Below the pieces are notes generated by a model. It saw nothing but the letters and a program-made list of their open reading frames with translations, was not told where the DNA came from and did no database searches. From contig NC_068988.1 of the NCBI RefSeq assembly GCF_001194135.2, positions 71,478,214 through 71,542,127 on the forward strand: DNA of 63,914 bases, given 5' to 3'. The position numbers and the translations under genes are program-made. This document shows, piece after piece, positions 50,170 to 62,472 of the stretch (positions are counted from its first letter, which is position 1; each line of letters begins with the position of its first letter). Origin of the DNA: Octopus bimaculoides. Its lineage: Eukaryota.

Positions 50170-53100
50170 TCTCAAGCTTAGCGTAATTATTATTAAAGTA
50201 GAAACTTTTTTTTTTTATACAGCTTTCAGAAAGTATTCGTATCTTCTCAAGAATTAGAAGAAGTTTCAATCCACTGTGGACTGTTCTTTCTCCCATAAGC
50301 AAATCTGCATCTATTCTTGTAGTGGCATAAGAAAGGACAGTTTTGTTAAAGTTAATCAGATAAATAATCAAAGTGTTGTAGAAGTATGTTTTGCCTCAGC
50401 CGCCCGAACCATCCAAATAGAAAAAAATGTTTCCTTAGCACCATCACTTTTTATAACAGTCAGAATATCCTCAAACATTTCACGGTACTTTTTATTTAGC
50501 GTTGCTACGTGCCTATCAGCTTCATCAGTCCAGTCCTTGTATTGGCATTTTCAATGTTTTCTCTAGTTATCTTCATGTGTACGACAGGCAGATTTGAGTC
50601 CTGGCAGCGTAAACCACGTAAAAAGAGAATTGAACCTAAACATTGCAAAGCTTTCTACACATTAATTTCTCTTGTATCTATTCAGGCATATTCTTCAATG
50701 ACGCTTCTTCAAATTGAGAGTACAATTCTGCAGTGTCATTGGGGCTATTAAAACTACAAATTAGGGCAAAAAACAGCCTCTGTTTTGCAGGCATCTGAGC
50801 AATAGCTGCTTCTATCACGCATTTCCTCCGCTCATCATCATTCTGCAGTAAGTTACTTTGATTTGCACGTTCAATATAACTGTTATATTGTACATCATCA
50901 ACTGTCATAAGATCATCAAAAATGCAACCTCCTTTAACATGTAACAATAACAACCTCAGATGAAATCTTTCTTCTTTTGGGCTTACAGAATAAAGTCTTG
51001 AAATAATTTTCTCTCTTTTGCGTAGTTTTCAAAGAGTCGTGTTTTTGTGAAAAATTTAATGGTAATTATATAAGAGGTATCTTGCATTTTTATATTATTG
51101 ATTAGTGACAAAGCATATTGTTACGACAGACGGCTCTATAAATGGATCTTTTTCATTCTCTGAAAGAAGACAGCTTCTTGCTGTCGCAAATTCATTGGCA
51201 AGCATATGATAACTTGAGGTCTGTCGTGCATTTTGTTTTCAAGCAAGTGCCACATCACTTCAGGGGCACACCAATATCTTCCGTCAAGATGGCGCTTGAC
51301 TTCATTGTGTACAACTTCATTGTCTTTTCATTTATATCAAGTTTAATGGTATCATACCCTTTATATAGGTACTTGAATATGCATTCCACTGACTTGATAG
51401 TTGAACATATTTCCATATTTACGTGGATATCGAATTTATAACATTGGTACGTGTTATAGGAAACCACATATTTATTATCAATTGTACAGTTATCAATTTG
51501 TATACTTGTTTCCATGCATACTCATTGTTATTTACGCTTTTTTCCTGTAGAAATTCTTAAGGAATCATTTTTTGACAGTGTCTATTCTCCCTACAAGATG
51601 TTGTCTGGTTTCCTTCACCACCAAGTCCATATTTCGTGCATTTTTGTTTATAATATCCTGAAGCAAAAACTTCAGATTGAACATCAGAAATTTCAACGTT
51701 TTGCAATGTGTCTTTCAACTTATCATCTGGATGTAATATTATCAATATATGGGCATGTAGCAAACCACTTTTTTGAAATTCAGTGGTGTACAAATGAGTT
51801 ATAACTCTACTGGAAACGTACCTTTTTGTAACATCATCCAAAAGTAGTTTTAGTTTCAGTTTGAAAGACCTTTTCTACTGGATATGCTCTGCTTGATGGA
51901 TTTTGTCCATGAAATGAGTTATCTTTAATTTCGGGTCAGTTTGGATTAGATGTTATTATAATGAAAATATCAGGTTTTCCATGTGGAAGTACTTTCGCTT
52001 TTGCGTCATGAGAACATTCTTGCGTGTTTGGTGGGGATCTTTGGAACGAAGGTAGAAGAATAAGTGAGCGTCCAGTCTGAATTCCAGCATCTTTAGCAAT
52101 ATTATTTAAATTAGCAGCTAAGCCGCTGTAAAGATTGTTTAATTTGTTTGTTAAGCAGTCATTTCTTTTGGTTTTTATTCGTCAAAGTTCTTTCGTTGTC
52201 ATTTGCAACCGTTTCTAACAAAACAAGCGACTGACTGTTTTAACCAACAAATTGAATAAACAATCGATTAGTTCGTTGGATATTTAACAAATTGTCTAAT
52301 AATAAAGGAGTGAATTTGATTAATAACTCTCCCTAAACACAACGAAAGTATATGTCATTGAGTCCAAATTTGGACTCAAAATATTGAGATTAACCCATTA
52401 CCTCCCATAATTCTATTAATTGGAATTTCTTTTATGAAACTTTGATTTCTAGCATAAAACAGCCTCAGAAACATGCTGGAATAATCAAAATAACATTTCA
52501 AAATAACATTTTAAAGAGAAATAAGCGAGATATTGGGTGAAAAATAAGCAAACCTCATTTGAATATCAGAGAAATATACCTAGTAGATATAGCAAAAAGG
52601 TTAGATATGTGTAAATATTGACAGATAATTACGAAATTTGTAATTTTTAAGTGACCTCATATGAGATCACTGGTAGGTAATGGGTTAATCATGATATATC
52701 ATGATTTGTTGGAAAAACTCGAAAATCTCTATTGAAAATCTCTCCATCTGAATTTCTAAAAATTATAGAAACTAAATCCACAGCTATATCTTCTCTTAAC
52801 TGTACTATGGTCTCTGTTAAAACAATATTTACTGCAGGTATAGGCCTTCTGTCTTGGCATGCACGTTCTTCTTTCTCAATTTCAACTTCTTTAATAGCTT
52901 TAAAGTTTACTTCATAGACGTTGATTTTTATGTATAACTGTCCAACGTTGCCATTATTTCAGTTATACTTTTTTTATTTGAATTATTCCCTGTTCCTGCA
53001 TAATAAGCTTCTGCAGCATCAACGGTATTTTTTGGCCACTAACTGCCTTCGTTCACCATCAACTGGATGCGTATGTGATGTTCCGTGATACATTTTTCCA

Positions 53101-53760
53101 TCAGCTCTTCCAGGGGGTTCTGCCAAGTGTGCGCCCGTCGATGTAAAGGACAATGCAAAGTCATATGACCTGATATTTCCTTTGAAATTATCGTAATAAG
53201 GATTATTGGGATCCGATAATAGAGATTTCAAGTACGTCTCAAACAGAAGGAAGAAATTTTCCTTTATGACAGCAATTGTTAAAGTTGTCGTCAGAAAATG
53301 TTTGGTCATGCAAAACTGACACAGGAAATTCATATTTCCACAATAATCTTGTTCAAAGTATCCCTCATTGTATGTTGAATTATACACTCCTTCTGTAAAA
53401 TGGTCTTCATGTCGAGTGGCTCTCATTCTTTCGGCATTCTACTGCCTTCTGTTGTTGCACTGATTTTCATCTCGTTTTCATCCTTCTGCTGTTCCTGTTT
53501 AATGCTCCTCCAAGCATATTTCTTGTAATCGCTTGCTCTTCATTTTTCCTTTGGCATCTGAAAGCAACTGTATCTCTGACTTGAACGCTTTCTTTTTCCA
53601 TTTGACTTCTCACGATTAGATTTTCGTTTAGTTCCTAATTGTTCTTGATTTAAATTAGATCTTCGTTTTCTCTGTCTTTCCCTCGCTAATATTCTTTTTT
53701 CAGGTGCTGATTCCATATCAGCAATATAATAAATATATATACACGTACAGTGTGTGAACA
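50170..53760 (-). mobile_element. Decayed Helitron RepHel (Rep + PIF1-like helicase) pseudo-ORF, 3'-truncated in the helicase
   Basis: Minus-strand fragments in the expected order: R/E/Q-rich N-terminus (53540-53761); zinc-binding region and IRSYDFALSFTSTGA...PPG (53019-53426); GKPDIFIIITSNPN (Rep motif 1, ~51940-51990); TEFQKSGLLHAHILI (Rep motif 2, HUH); DNKYVVSYN...KYLYKGYD (motif 3); FDDLMTVDD...LLQNDDE...QMP; DGSGG*GKTY (Walker A, ~50390-50420); ATTRIDADLLMGERTVHSGLKL (motif Ia). Many stops and frameshifts. Confidence 0.9.
52394..52684. mobile_element. piggyBac-type MITE (~290 bp) inserted within the Helitron
   Basis: TTAA at 52390-52393 and 52685-52688 flanking TIRs cccattacct / aggtaatggg; no ORF. 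Confidence 0.75.
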
Positions 53761-53956
53761 ATCAGATATGTTGGTAGAGCTTAACATGGTTTTGATCAAG
53801 CCAGCCTCTTGCTAATCTGAGTTTCATTTGTGACCGCATAAAATCTTCAGGCAAGTTGTCACAACTTATCTTAAGATCCTGTCCACCTGCTGGTGGAACT
53901 CAGAGTAGCGAGTCCAGATAAAGTCAGGCTGACTCCACCAAACATTTATATAAACA

Positions 53957-54570
53957 GGCATAGGGATGGCTGTCTGGTAAGAAGCGGTGAGCTGGCAGAA
54001 ACATTAGCACGCCGGGCGAATTGCTTGGCGGTATTTCGTCTGTCTTTACATTATGAGTTCAAATTCCGCCGAAGTCGACTTTGCCTTTCATCCTTTCGGG
54101 GTCGATAAATTAAGTACCAGTTACGCACTGGGGTCGATGTAATCGACTTAATCCCTTTGTCTGACCTTGTTTGTCCCCTCTAAGTTTAGCCCCTTGTGGG
54201 CAATAAAGAAATAATAAGTTGCTTCCCAACCACATGGTTACAGGATCAGTCCCAATGCGTGGCATCTTGGGCAAGTTTCTCCAACTATAGCATGGGGCTG
54301 ACTAAAGACTTGTGAATGGATGTGGTAGTTGGAAACTGAAACTTTTCGCATGTATGTATGTATACATATGTGTGTGTGTCTTTGTGTCTGTGTTTGACAA
54401 CCGATTTTGGTATGTTTACGTCCAGCAATCTAGCGGTTTGGTAAAAGCATCCGATAGAATAAGTAGCAGGCTTTCAAAAAATAGCTATTAGCGTCATTCA
54501 TTCGACCAAAAACTATTTAGGGCGATGCTCCAGAATGGGTGCAGCCTGATGATTGAAACAATTGAACGAT
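53957..54570 (+). mobile_element. SINE family A copy interrupted by a family B SINE
   Basis: Head ggctgtctggtaagaag at ~53968-53984 resumes as ttgcttcccaaccacatgg at ~54219. Confidence 0.75.
53982..54213 (+). mobile_element. tRNA-derived SINE, family B (Deu/Nin-like central domain)
   Basis: gcggtgagctggcagaaacattagc head; gcctttcatcctttcggggtcgataaattaagtacc core; tail ending aataaagaaataa. Confidence 0.85.
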
Positions 54571-54587
54571 ATATGTATATATGTACG

Positions 54588-54618
<31 letters not shown>

Positions 54619-55182
54619 GTGTGTGTATATAAAAACTAAAGCAGCACTCCTTGGGTTACAAAGGCGAGGGTTCCATTTGATCTGACCAACTGAACAGCCT
54701 GCCTGTGAAATTAACATGCACGTTAGTGAGTACTACGGCTCATACACTCCTCTCTATACACTTTACATATTTACTCCCTTTTTCAAGTATGTACGTCAGG
54801 ATGTTAGTGTTTTTATCCCTGCTGTTTCCTCAACTTGTAAGCTGATGGATATATGCACGTCTACGAATTTCCGTTTGCATGTGCATACATACATATGAAT
54901 ACATGTGTCCCATCTGCCTGTCAAATTTCTTAATAACACACATTAGTTATTCCGCATCATGAATATAACTTGCAAACAATCACTGAAAACAGTCACAAAC
55001 ACTCACACATACACACACAATACAGGCAACACCACACAAGCTTCACTTTCCTTATACAAACACAAAACGTATGAATGTATGTGTATGTGTGTGTAAGAGA
55101 GTGTGGGTGTGTAAGAGAGAGTGTGTGTGTGTGTGTTTGTGTGTGTTTGTGTGTTTGTGTGTGTGTGTGTGTCTGTGTGTCG

Positions 55183-55260
<78 letters not shown>

Positions 55261-55953
55261 TGGCACAAATAGAAATTTGCACTTTCATATACACAGTGGT
55301 TGAATGAGAAACATAAATATTGGCTTAGCTATTTCATTACATTATGGACAGAAAATCAAAGTCTGTGGACAATTAAGTTTCTCGTGTTGTATTTACGAAC
55401 ACAGCGGGTGAGGCACTAAATACTCTCTCAGCGTGTTAGTAATTTTCCCTCAGATCACGCCTTACCACATAAAATAAGGAAAAAACACAAAAATGCAGTC
55501 ATAAATGCCTCGCCAAATGACAGATAGGTTAAGGCCAATACTCTTTGGATCATAGTTGACCTTCTACACGAAGTCTACAAGGAGATGAGTATCCCATAGA
55601 CACATGTATTCCAAACAACAAAAAGAATCGGCGGTAGCCAATATGTTATTAGTCTGGACCTTTGAATCAGAAGTGGATTCTTTCTGACCAGCTTCTTCCT
55701 AATCCCCGCGACATGATTTTAAGCGCAAGGCTGAGATCACCGTACCGCTACGTTAGAGGATATTTGCAAAAGATGGCTCCGACAGGGACTGAGACTGGCA
55801 CATCATGAGGCGAAGCGAATGTTTTCATCATTCAACCATGCCTATATATATATATATATNNNNNNNNNNNNNNNNNTATACATACACACACACACATATA
55901 TGTATGTTCAAATATATATAGATATATAGTCGAAATGTGTATGTAGGTGCATA

Positions 55954-55984
<31 letters not shown>

Positions 55985-56049
55985 CTGTGTGTGTGTGCAT
56001 GTCTATGTACACGCATGCATGCGTATTTATACACGTGTATGTAAATGTA

Positions 56050-56410
56050 GTGGCACTCCGTCGGTTATGACGACGAGGGTTCCAGTTGATCGGATCTACG
56101 GAACAGCCTCCTCGTGAAATTAACATGCAAGTGGCTGAGCACTCCACAGACGTGTACCTTTAATGTAGTTCTTGGGGAGATTCAGCGTGACACAGAGTGC
56201 GACAAGGCTGACCCTTTGAATTACAGGTACAACAGAAAGAGGAAGAAAGAGTGAGAGAAAGTTGTTGTGAAAGAGTACAGTAGGGCCCCTGCCGGAGCCT
56301 TGTGGAGATTTAGGCGTCTCTGCTCAATAAACACTCACAACGCCCAGTCTGGGAACCGAAACTGCGATCCTACGACCGCGAGTCGGCTGCCATAAGCACT
56401 GAACCACTGC
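56050..56410 (-). mobile_element. SINE family C-related, tail type 2
   Basis: Tail ggcactccgtcggttatgacgacgagggttccagttgatc; tRNA-like head near 56330-56410. Confidence 0.75.
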
Positions 56411-56764
56411 ACTTCCATCGTATGTGAATGTATTCAGGTACACACACATACAAGCGTGTGTGAGTGTGTACAATATTGTTCTACTTTAGTTTTGCCCTCC
56501 CCCTCTCCCACAACAATTATGACGCGGTTAACCACCTCTTCGATAATATAATTACGTGCGTGTATATTCCAAATACACGCATGCTTATGGGCGAATTCAT
56601 GTACGTGTGTCTATGTTTGTGGATGTGTGAGTACGAATACACACTCACTCAGTCGTATGTGTGTGTGTATGTGAAGAAAAGAGTTAGAGAAAGAGAGACA
56701 AGAAAAGAAAGGAAAATTAAAGAAAGAGAGGAGGGAGAGAAGTATATACTAGATATTTTTATGT

Positions 56765-56940
56765 TTTATCTTTTTACTTCTTTCAGCCATGTGACAGTGG
56801 CCATGCTGGGGTACCACCTTGAGGAATTTGTAGTCAAATGAACGGACCCCAGTGCTATTTTTTAAAGCCTGTTATTTACGCAAAGTTACGGGAGCGTAAA
56901 CACACAGATACCGGTTTTCAAGCGAGACAAACGCAGACAG
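56765..56940 (-). mobile_element. SINE family A tail fragment
   Basis: ttttacttctttcagccatgtgacagtggccatgctgggg matches the tail. Confidence 0.65.
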
Positions 56941-57275
56941 AAACACACAAGTTTTATTTCATTTAAAATTTGTTCCGCTTCGTCCGTCTGACACTTGAAT
57001 AACTATGTATATATACGTGCATGTGCGTATATAGATATAGATATATGCATGCAAGTGCGTATATATATATAGACATGCACACACGCATATGTGTGAACTT
57101 GTGTATGTATGTGTATTTAGATACACTTATGCACTCATGTATATATACAATTGTGTAGCTTTATAGATGCATCTATTCATGCGTGGATACATACGTGTAT
57201 GCGCGCGTGTGTGTGTGTGTGTGAACCCATAATCACATATGTAGGATCATGAATGCATGCGTATATATGCATATA

Positions 57276-57480
57276 GGCGCAGGAGTGGCTGTGTGGTAAG
57301 TAGCTTGCTTAACAACCACATGGTTCCGGGTTCAGTCCCACTGCGTGGCATCTTCGGCAAGTGCCTTCTACTATAGCCTCGGGCCGACCAAAGCCTTGTG
57401 AGTGTATTTGGTAGATGGAAACTGAAAGAAGCCTGTCGTATATATGTGTGTTTGTGTGTCTGTGGTTGTCTCCCCCCCCC
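57276..57480 (+). mobile_element. SINE family A 5' half
   Basis: ggcgcaggagtggctgtgtggtaag...ggttcagtccc; truncated by gap. Confidence 0.9.
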
Positions 57481-58144
57481 NNNNNNNNNNNNNNNNNNNN
57501 NNNNNNNNNNNNNNNNNNNNNNNNNNNNNNNNNNNNNNNNNNNNNNNNNNNNNNNNNNNNNNNNNNNNNNNNNNNNNNNNNNNNNNNNNNNNNNNNNNNN
57601 NNNNNNNNNNNNNNNNNNNNNNNNNNNNNNNNNNNNNNNNNNNNNNNNNNNNNNNNNNNNNNNNNNNNNNNNNNNNNNNNNNNNNNNNNNNNNNNNNNNN
57701 NNNNNNNNNNNNNNNNNNNNNNNNNNNNNNNNNNNNNNNNNNNNNNNNNNNNNNNNNNNNNNNNNNNNNNNNNNNNNNNNNNNNNNNNNNNNNNNNNNNN
57801 NNNNNNNNNNNNNNNNNNNNNNNNNNNNNNNNNNNNNNNNNNNNNNNNNNNNNNNNNNNNNNNNNNNNNNNNNNNNNNNNNNNNNNNNNNNNNNNNNNNN
57901 NNNTATATTTCACTCACCAGCGTTCGTTTTTATGTGTGTACATATTTTCCTTGTTAATTTATTAATTTACTTATTGAACAAAAATTGAATTATCCATGTG
58001 ACATTGTCTTTGATTTAAAATTTATTTCAGAAGTATCTAGGAAAATGTTATTATTATGGATATATGATCTCCCCCTGGACTTGTAGCTAGTTTGGTACCA
58101 GTTAAACCCTTGGTTCTTGAGTCACTTCGTTATTTCTGCTGAAT

Positions 58145-58362
58145 ATTCTTTTCTACTCTAGGCACAAGGCCCAAAATTTTGCGGTAGGGGGTCAGTCGAT
58201 TAGATTGACCCCAGTACGCAGCTGGTACTTAATTTATCGACGCTGAAAGGATGAAAAGCAAAATCGAAGTCGGCAGAATTTGAACTCAGAAGGTGAAGAC
58301 AAACGAAATAACACTAAACATTTCGCCGACCTTGCTAACGTTTCCGCCAGCTCACCGCCTTA
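58145..58362 (-). mobile_element. SINE family B, full length
   Basis: Matches 38380-38530 and 32599-32812. Confidence 0.85.
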
Positions 58363-58435
58363 CTTCTGCAAAATATTAATAAAAATATATACATACTCAT
58401 GTTTTGTGTTCTATTTTTTCATATTTACATCATCA

Positions 58436-58725
58436 AGCGTGGCTGTGTGGTAAGAACTTGTTTCCCAATCACATGGTTCTGAGATCGGTCCCACTGCGTG
58501 ACAGCTTGGGCTTGTGCCTTCTACTATTGACTTGAGCCGACCAAAGCCTTGTGAGTGGATTTGGTAGACGGAAAGTAAAAGAGGCCCGCCGTCCCCCACT
58601 ACCGCTTGACAAACACTGAAGGTGTGTTTATGTCCGCATAACTTAGAAGTTCGTCAAAAGGAACTGATAGAATAAGTATTAGGCTAAACAAAACAAGTCT
58701 TGGGGTCGATTAGTTCGAAACAGGT
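58436..58725 (+). mobile_element. SINE family A lacking the internal microsatellite
   Basis: Head and tail match other copies. Confidence 0.8.
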
Positions 58726-59002
58726 AAGCNNNNNNNNNNTACACATGTGTGTGTGTGTGTGTGTGTGTACTTATATTTAGAGAACATTTAGACATTTGTC
58801 TACTTATAGGATAGTCAAATGTAAACATGATAAATGGGGAACTTTTATATAAATAATATTTTGTGTATATATGTGTATGTACACTCACACACACACGTAT
58901 ATATACATATATATTTGTCCGTATGCATGTTCAGTCATATATGTGTACGCATGTGTGTAAATGTAAGTATATTTTTGATACGCTTATGTACGCTTATGTG
59001 AC

Positions 59003-59035
<33 letters not shown>

Positions 59036-59139
59036 TTGTTTCGCTTTATAGATATTCCTATGCATGTTTGCATATATGTGTGAATCCAAAATCATGCATG
59101 TATGGACAAAATGGGACAAAATGGCAATAGAGGACAATA

Positions 59140-59510
59140 AAGCATCCGGACAGATAGAAGATACAAAGGCGAACAGGAAAAACAAGAAATAGATGGACAG
59201 GAATAAAAAAAAACAAAAAAACAAGGACGGGTCTTTGCTATCGTACACATCCGCTTGCTTGCGGTACACATCCGCTTGCTTGTCGTACACATCTACTCTT
59301 AGCTTAGACTTTTGATGGGACAACCAGATTTAAACAGTCTCAAGTTTAACTACCCGAATCTATAAGGACAATCTGGAAACTTGACTGAGGAGAGAAAGCC
59401 ACGAATGGCACGTACTTTTTTATCTTGTACCTCTATTTGTTGCTCTTTTCCTGTCCTCCTTTGTATCCGTCCTTTTGTGTCCGCCTTCTATCCGTTCAGG
59501 TGTTTTATTG
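59140..59510. mobile_element. Probable Penelope-like 3' remnant with degenerate inverted arms, abutting hammerhead repeat copy 2
   Basis: gatacaaaggcgaacaggaaaaacaagaaataga (~59158-59192) versus reverse complement of ~59432-59470; contains a 20-bp tandem repeat at 59242-59292. Confidence 0.3.
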
Positions 59511-59514
59511 TCAT

Positions 59515-59775
59515 ACAGTAACATCCACCCCTAGGGGTCAGCCACACTTAAGTGGCAATATACTACACTTTATCGTGCAGTTACTATTAATACTTCATTT
59601 AGAGAATTAACATTGCTTGTTTTCACCTTTTCAATATCAGTGAAGAATGTCACTGGAAAAGAAGATATAAGGTTTGCCAGATTTGTCTCTCTCACCAAGG
59701 TCATCAGCTGCCGAACGCCGACGAAGGGAAATAACCCTGAAATCCGGATACGTTCGTGCTGCTGGTCGAGGTGAG
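59515..59775 (+). mobile_element. Hammerhead-containing ~345-nt repeat, copy 2 (retrozyme-like or Penelope pLTR), tandem junction visible, truncated by gap
   Basis: 59515-59719 aligns by eye with 15119-15324 with only a few differences; after the hammerhead, 59751-59775 restarts the monomer (matches 15011-15035); then a 495-N gap. Confidence 0.7.
59712..59756 (+). ncRNA. Minimal type I hammerhead-ribozyme motif (variant core CCGACGA)
   Basis: Stem I cgaacg (59712-59717) pairs with cgttcg (59751-59756); core ccgacga (59718-59724); stem II aggg/ccct with loop aaataa; gaaa (59739-59742); palindromic stem III atccggat (59742-59749); U16.1-H17 = ta, predicted cleavage after 59750. All junctions are in canonical register except U4>C. 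Confidence 0.75.
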
Positions 59776-60599
59776 NNNNNNNNNNNNNNNNNNNNNNNNN
59801 NNNNNNNNNNNNNNNNNNNNNNNNNNNNNNNNNNNNNNNNNNNNNNNNNNNNNNNNNNNNNNNNNNNNNNNNNNNNNNNNNNNNNNNNNNNNNNNNNNNN
59901 NNNNNNNNNNNNNNNNNNNNNNNNNNNNNNNNNNNNNNNNNNNNNNNNNNNNNNNNNNNNNNNNNNNNNNNNNNNNNNNNNNNNNNNNNNNNNNNNNNNN
60001 NNNNNNNNNNNNNNNNNNNNNNNNNNNNNNNNNNNNNNNNNNNNNNNNNNNNNNNNNNNNNNNNNNNNNNNNNNNNNNNNNNNNNNNNNNNNNNNNNNNN
60101 NNNNNNNNNNNNNNNNNNNNNNNNNNNNNNNNNNNNNNNNNNNNNNNNNNNNNNNNNNNNNNNNNNNNNNNNNNNNNNNNNNNNNNNNNNNNNNNNNNNN
60201 NNNNNNNNNNNNNNNNNNNNNNNNNNNNNNNNNNNNNNNNNNNNNNNNNNNNNNNNNNNNNNNNNNNNNNTATATATATATACTGTATTTATATTCACCG
60301 ACACACTCATCTATGTCTATGTAAATATGTACAAATTGTCTTCATTTATTTATTTATATATTGATTTATTGAACTATGCAACGGGCAAACTATTTCGAAA
60401 ATATGTATTACCCACGTCGTAATGTAAATTTATGCATGATTTGTTCCAGTAGTATCGACGGAAAATGCCATTATCACCATTGTATAAATTCACAACCCTT
60501 GGATCTGTAGCTAGTTTGATAAGTTCAAATGCACCAAATTCTCAGATCTTGTTTGACTGTGTTACTCTTTCCAAATATTAATGATATACATGTACATAC

Positions 60600-60815
60600 A
60601 AGGCGGCGAGCTGGCAAAAACGTTTGCACGCCGGCGAAATGCTCAGCGGTATTTCGTCTGTCTTTACGTTCTGAGATCAAACTGTACCGAGGACTAATTT
60701 GCTTTTCATCCTTTCGGGATCGATAAATTAAGTACCCGTTGCCGTACTGGAATCGATCTAATCGACTGCCCGACTCCCTAAAATTGTCGGGCTTTGTGCG
60801 TACAGTTGAAAATAT
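60600..60815 (+). mobile_element. SINE family B, full length
   Basis: aaggcggcgagctggc head and catcctttcgggatcgataaattaagtacc core. Confidence 0.85.
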
Positions 60816-60836
60816 TATACATATACATACATACAG

Positions 60837-60876
<40 letters not shown>

Positions 60877-61980
60877 GTATATGTATATGCATACATATAT
60901 ACTGCATACATACAGTTATATATATATGCACATACACACACGTACAAACATATATATGTTGTACGCGCGTACCTGCGTGTGTGTATAGGTATATTTACGT
61001 GTATGTGTAAGACCAATATGCCAAAATGCTTTAGAAGCATAAAAAAGTAAGAAGTTCCCGCTTTCGATTTTGCTGAGTGATATATTTGGTAAGTATTAAT
61101 TTCTACAACATCAGGTCGACACATGCCTTCTGAGTAAAAGCTGGAAGTCGGAAACTGTATGTAACACAGTCTGAAGGGTCGTAAATGTAATTCAAATGTG
61201 CAAGCTGACCGCATTCTGTCGCCGTGATTCTACCTGAGAATCACATCAAGAGTATAAATGTATGTGGAATATTCAGCTACTTAATGTATGAGCTGGTAGT
61301 TTATTTGCCCGAACGGTGGAACATATATCGTCAGTACTTCTGACGAGGATCCATCAGAGCTGTATGTACGAGAGCTTGTATATGAGTGTGTAGAGGTATT
61401 TAATATAGTATCATGTATCAGTAAACTCACGTATTGTAAGTAAGAAAGTTACGAGTACATATTTAAAGCTATCCTTGTCGATGCACATGTGCAATATATT
61501 TATCAATCATTCAATCTTTCTCTCTTTTCCTCTCTGTAAATAATATATATATATATATATNNNNNNNNNNNNNNNNNNNNNNNNNNNNNNNNNNNNNNNN
61601 NNNNNNNNNNNNNNNNNNNNNNNNNNNNNNNNNNNNNNNNNNNNNNNNNNNNNNNNNNATATATGTATGTGTCTGTCTGCCTGTTGTCCGTCTGTCTGCC
61701 TGCCTGTCTATCTGTCTGCCTTGTCTATCTGTCCGCCTGTCTATCTGTCTGCCTGTTTGCCACTCTGATTGCCTCATTTCTCTGTCTGTCGTTGCATATC
61801 TTTTACCGTTTATTTGTTTCGGTCTTTTAACTGCAATCATGCTGGAGCTCTGAGTTGAAGGATTTAGTCGAGCTAATCGACCCCAATACTTATCTTTAAG
61901 TCTAATACTTCATTTGGTTGACGGAAACTGAAAGAAGCTTGTCATATATATATGCATATATTTATATATTATTTGTTATG

Positions 61981-62011
<31 letters not shown>

Positions 62012-62440
62012 ACAGGGCATTACCAACAGTAAACAAATGAGTTCAATACGCAAACAACGAGAGAGGCAAATGGAAAACAGGACAAATAACACAATGACGA
62101 CCCTTCATCAGTTGTCAGCTGTCTATCTACCCTAATTTCGACCATTGAACAACAATATGAGTCTTCGAAGACAATTGCTCCCATAAGTACCAAAATAATA
62201 TTTCGGATTTATGCATGGTCAAAGTTGGGAACAAAAAGTGGAGACATACAAGGAAACCACACGAAAACGAACATGGAGGGTCGTAAGACCAGAACAAGGG
62301 TAAAATAGCGAACGCTAGAGAAATATTTTCTTTGGAAAGAGAAAAGATAGAAGAAAGAGATAGAATATGTCCAGTCTTTAGAGCAATCCTGTAGGAAAAG
62401 AAAGACGGGGAGAGACAGACAGACAGAAGACGGTGATATA

Positions 62441-62472
<32 letters not shown>

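Noticed and set aside
57276-57350. tRNA-like A/B boxes in many SINE heads
   Set aside because: No cloverleaf, and each continues into a SINE body; not tRNA genes.
62095-62150. CTGATGA on the minus strand near a GAAA in a Penelope-like stretch
   Set aside because: No stem II closing onto GAAA and no stem I pairing in any permutation; not a hammerhead as it stands.
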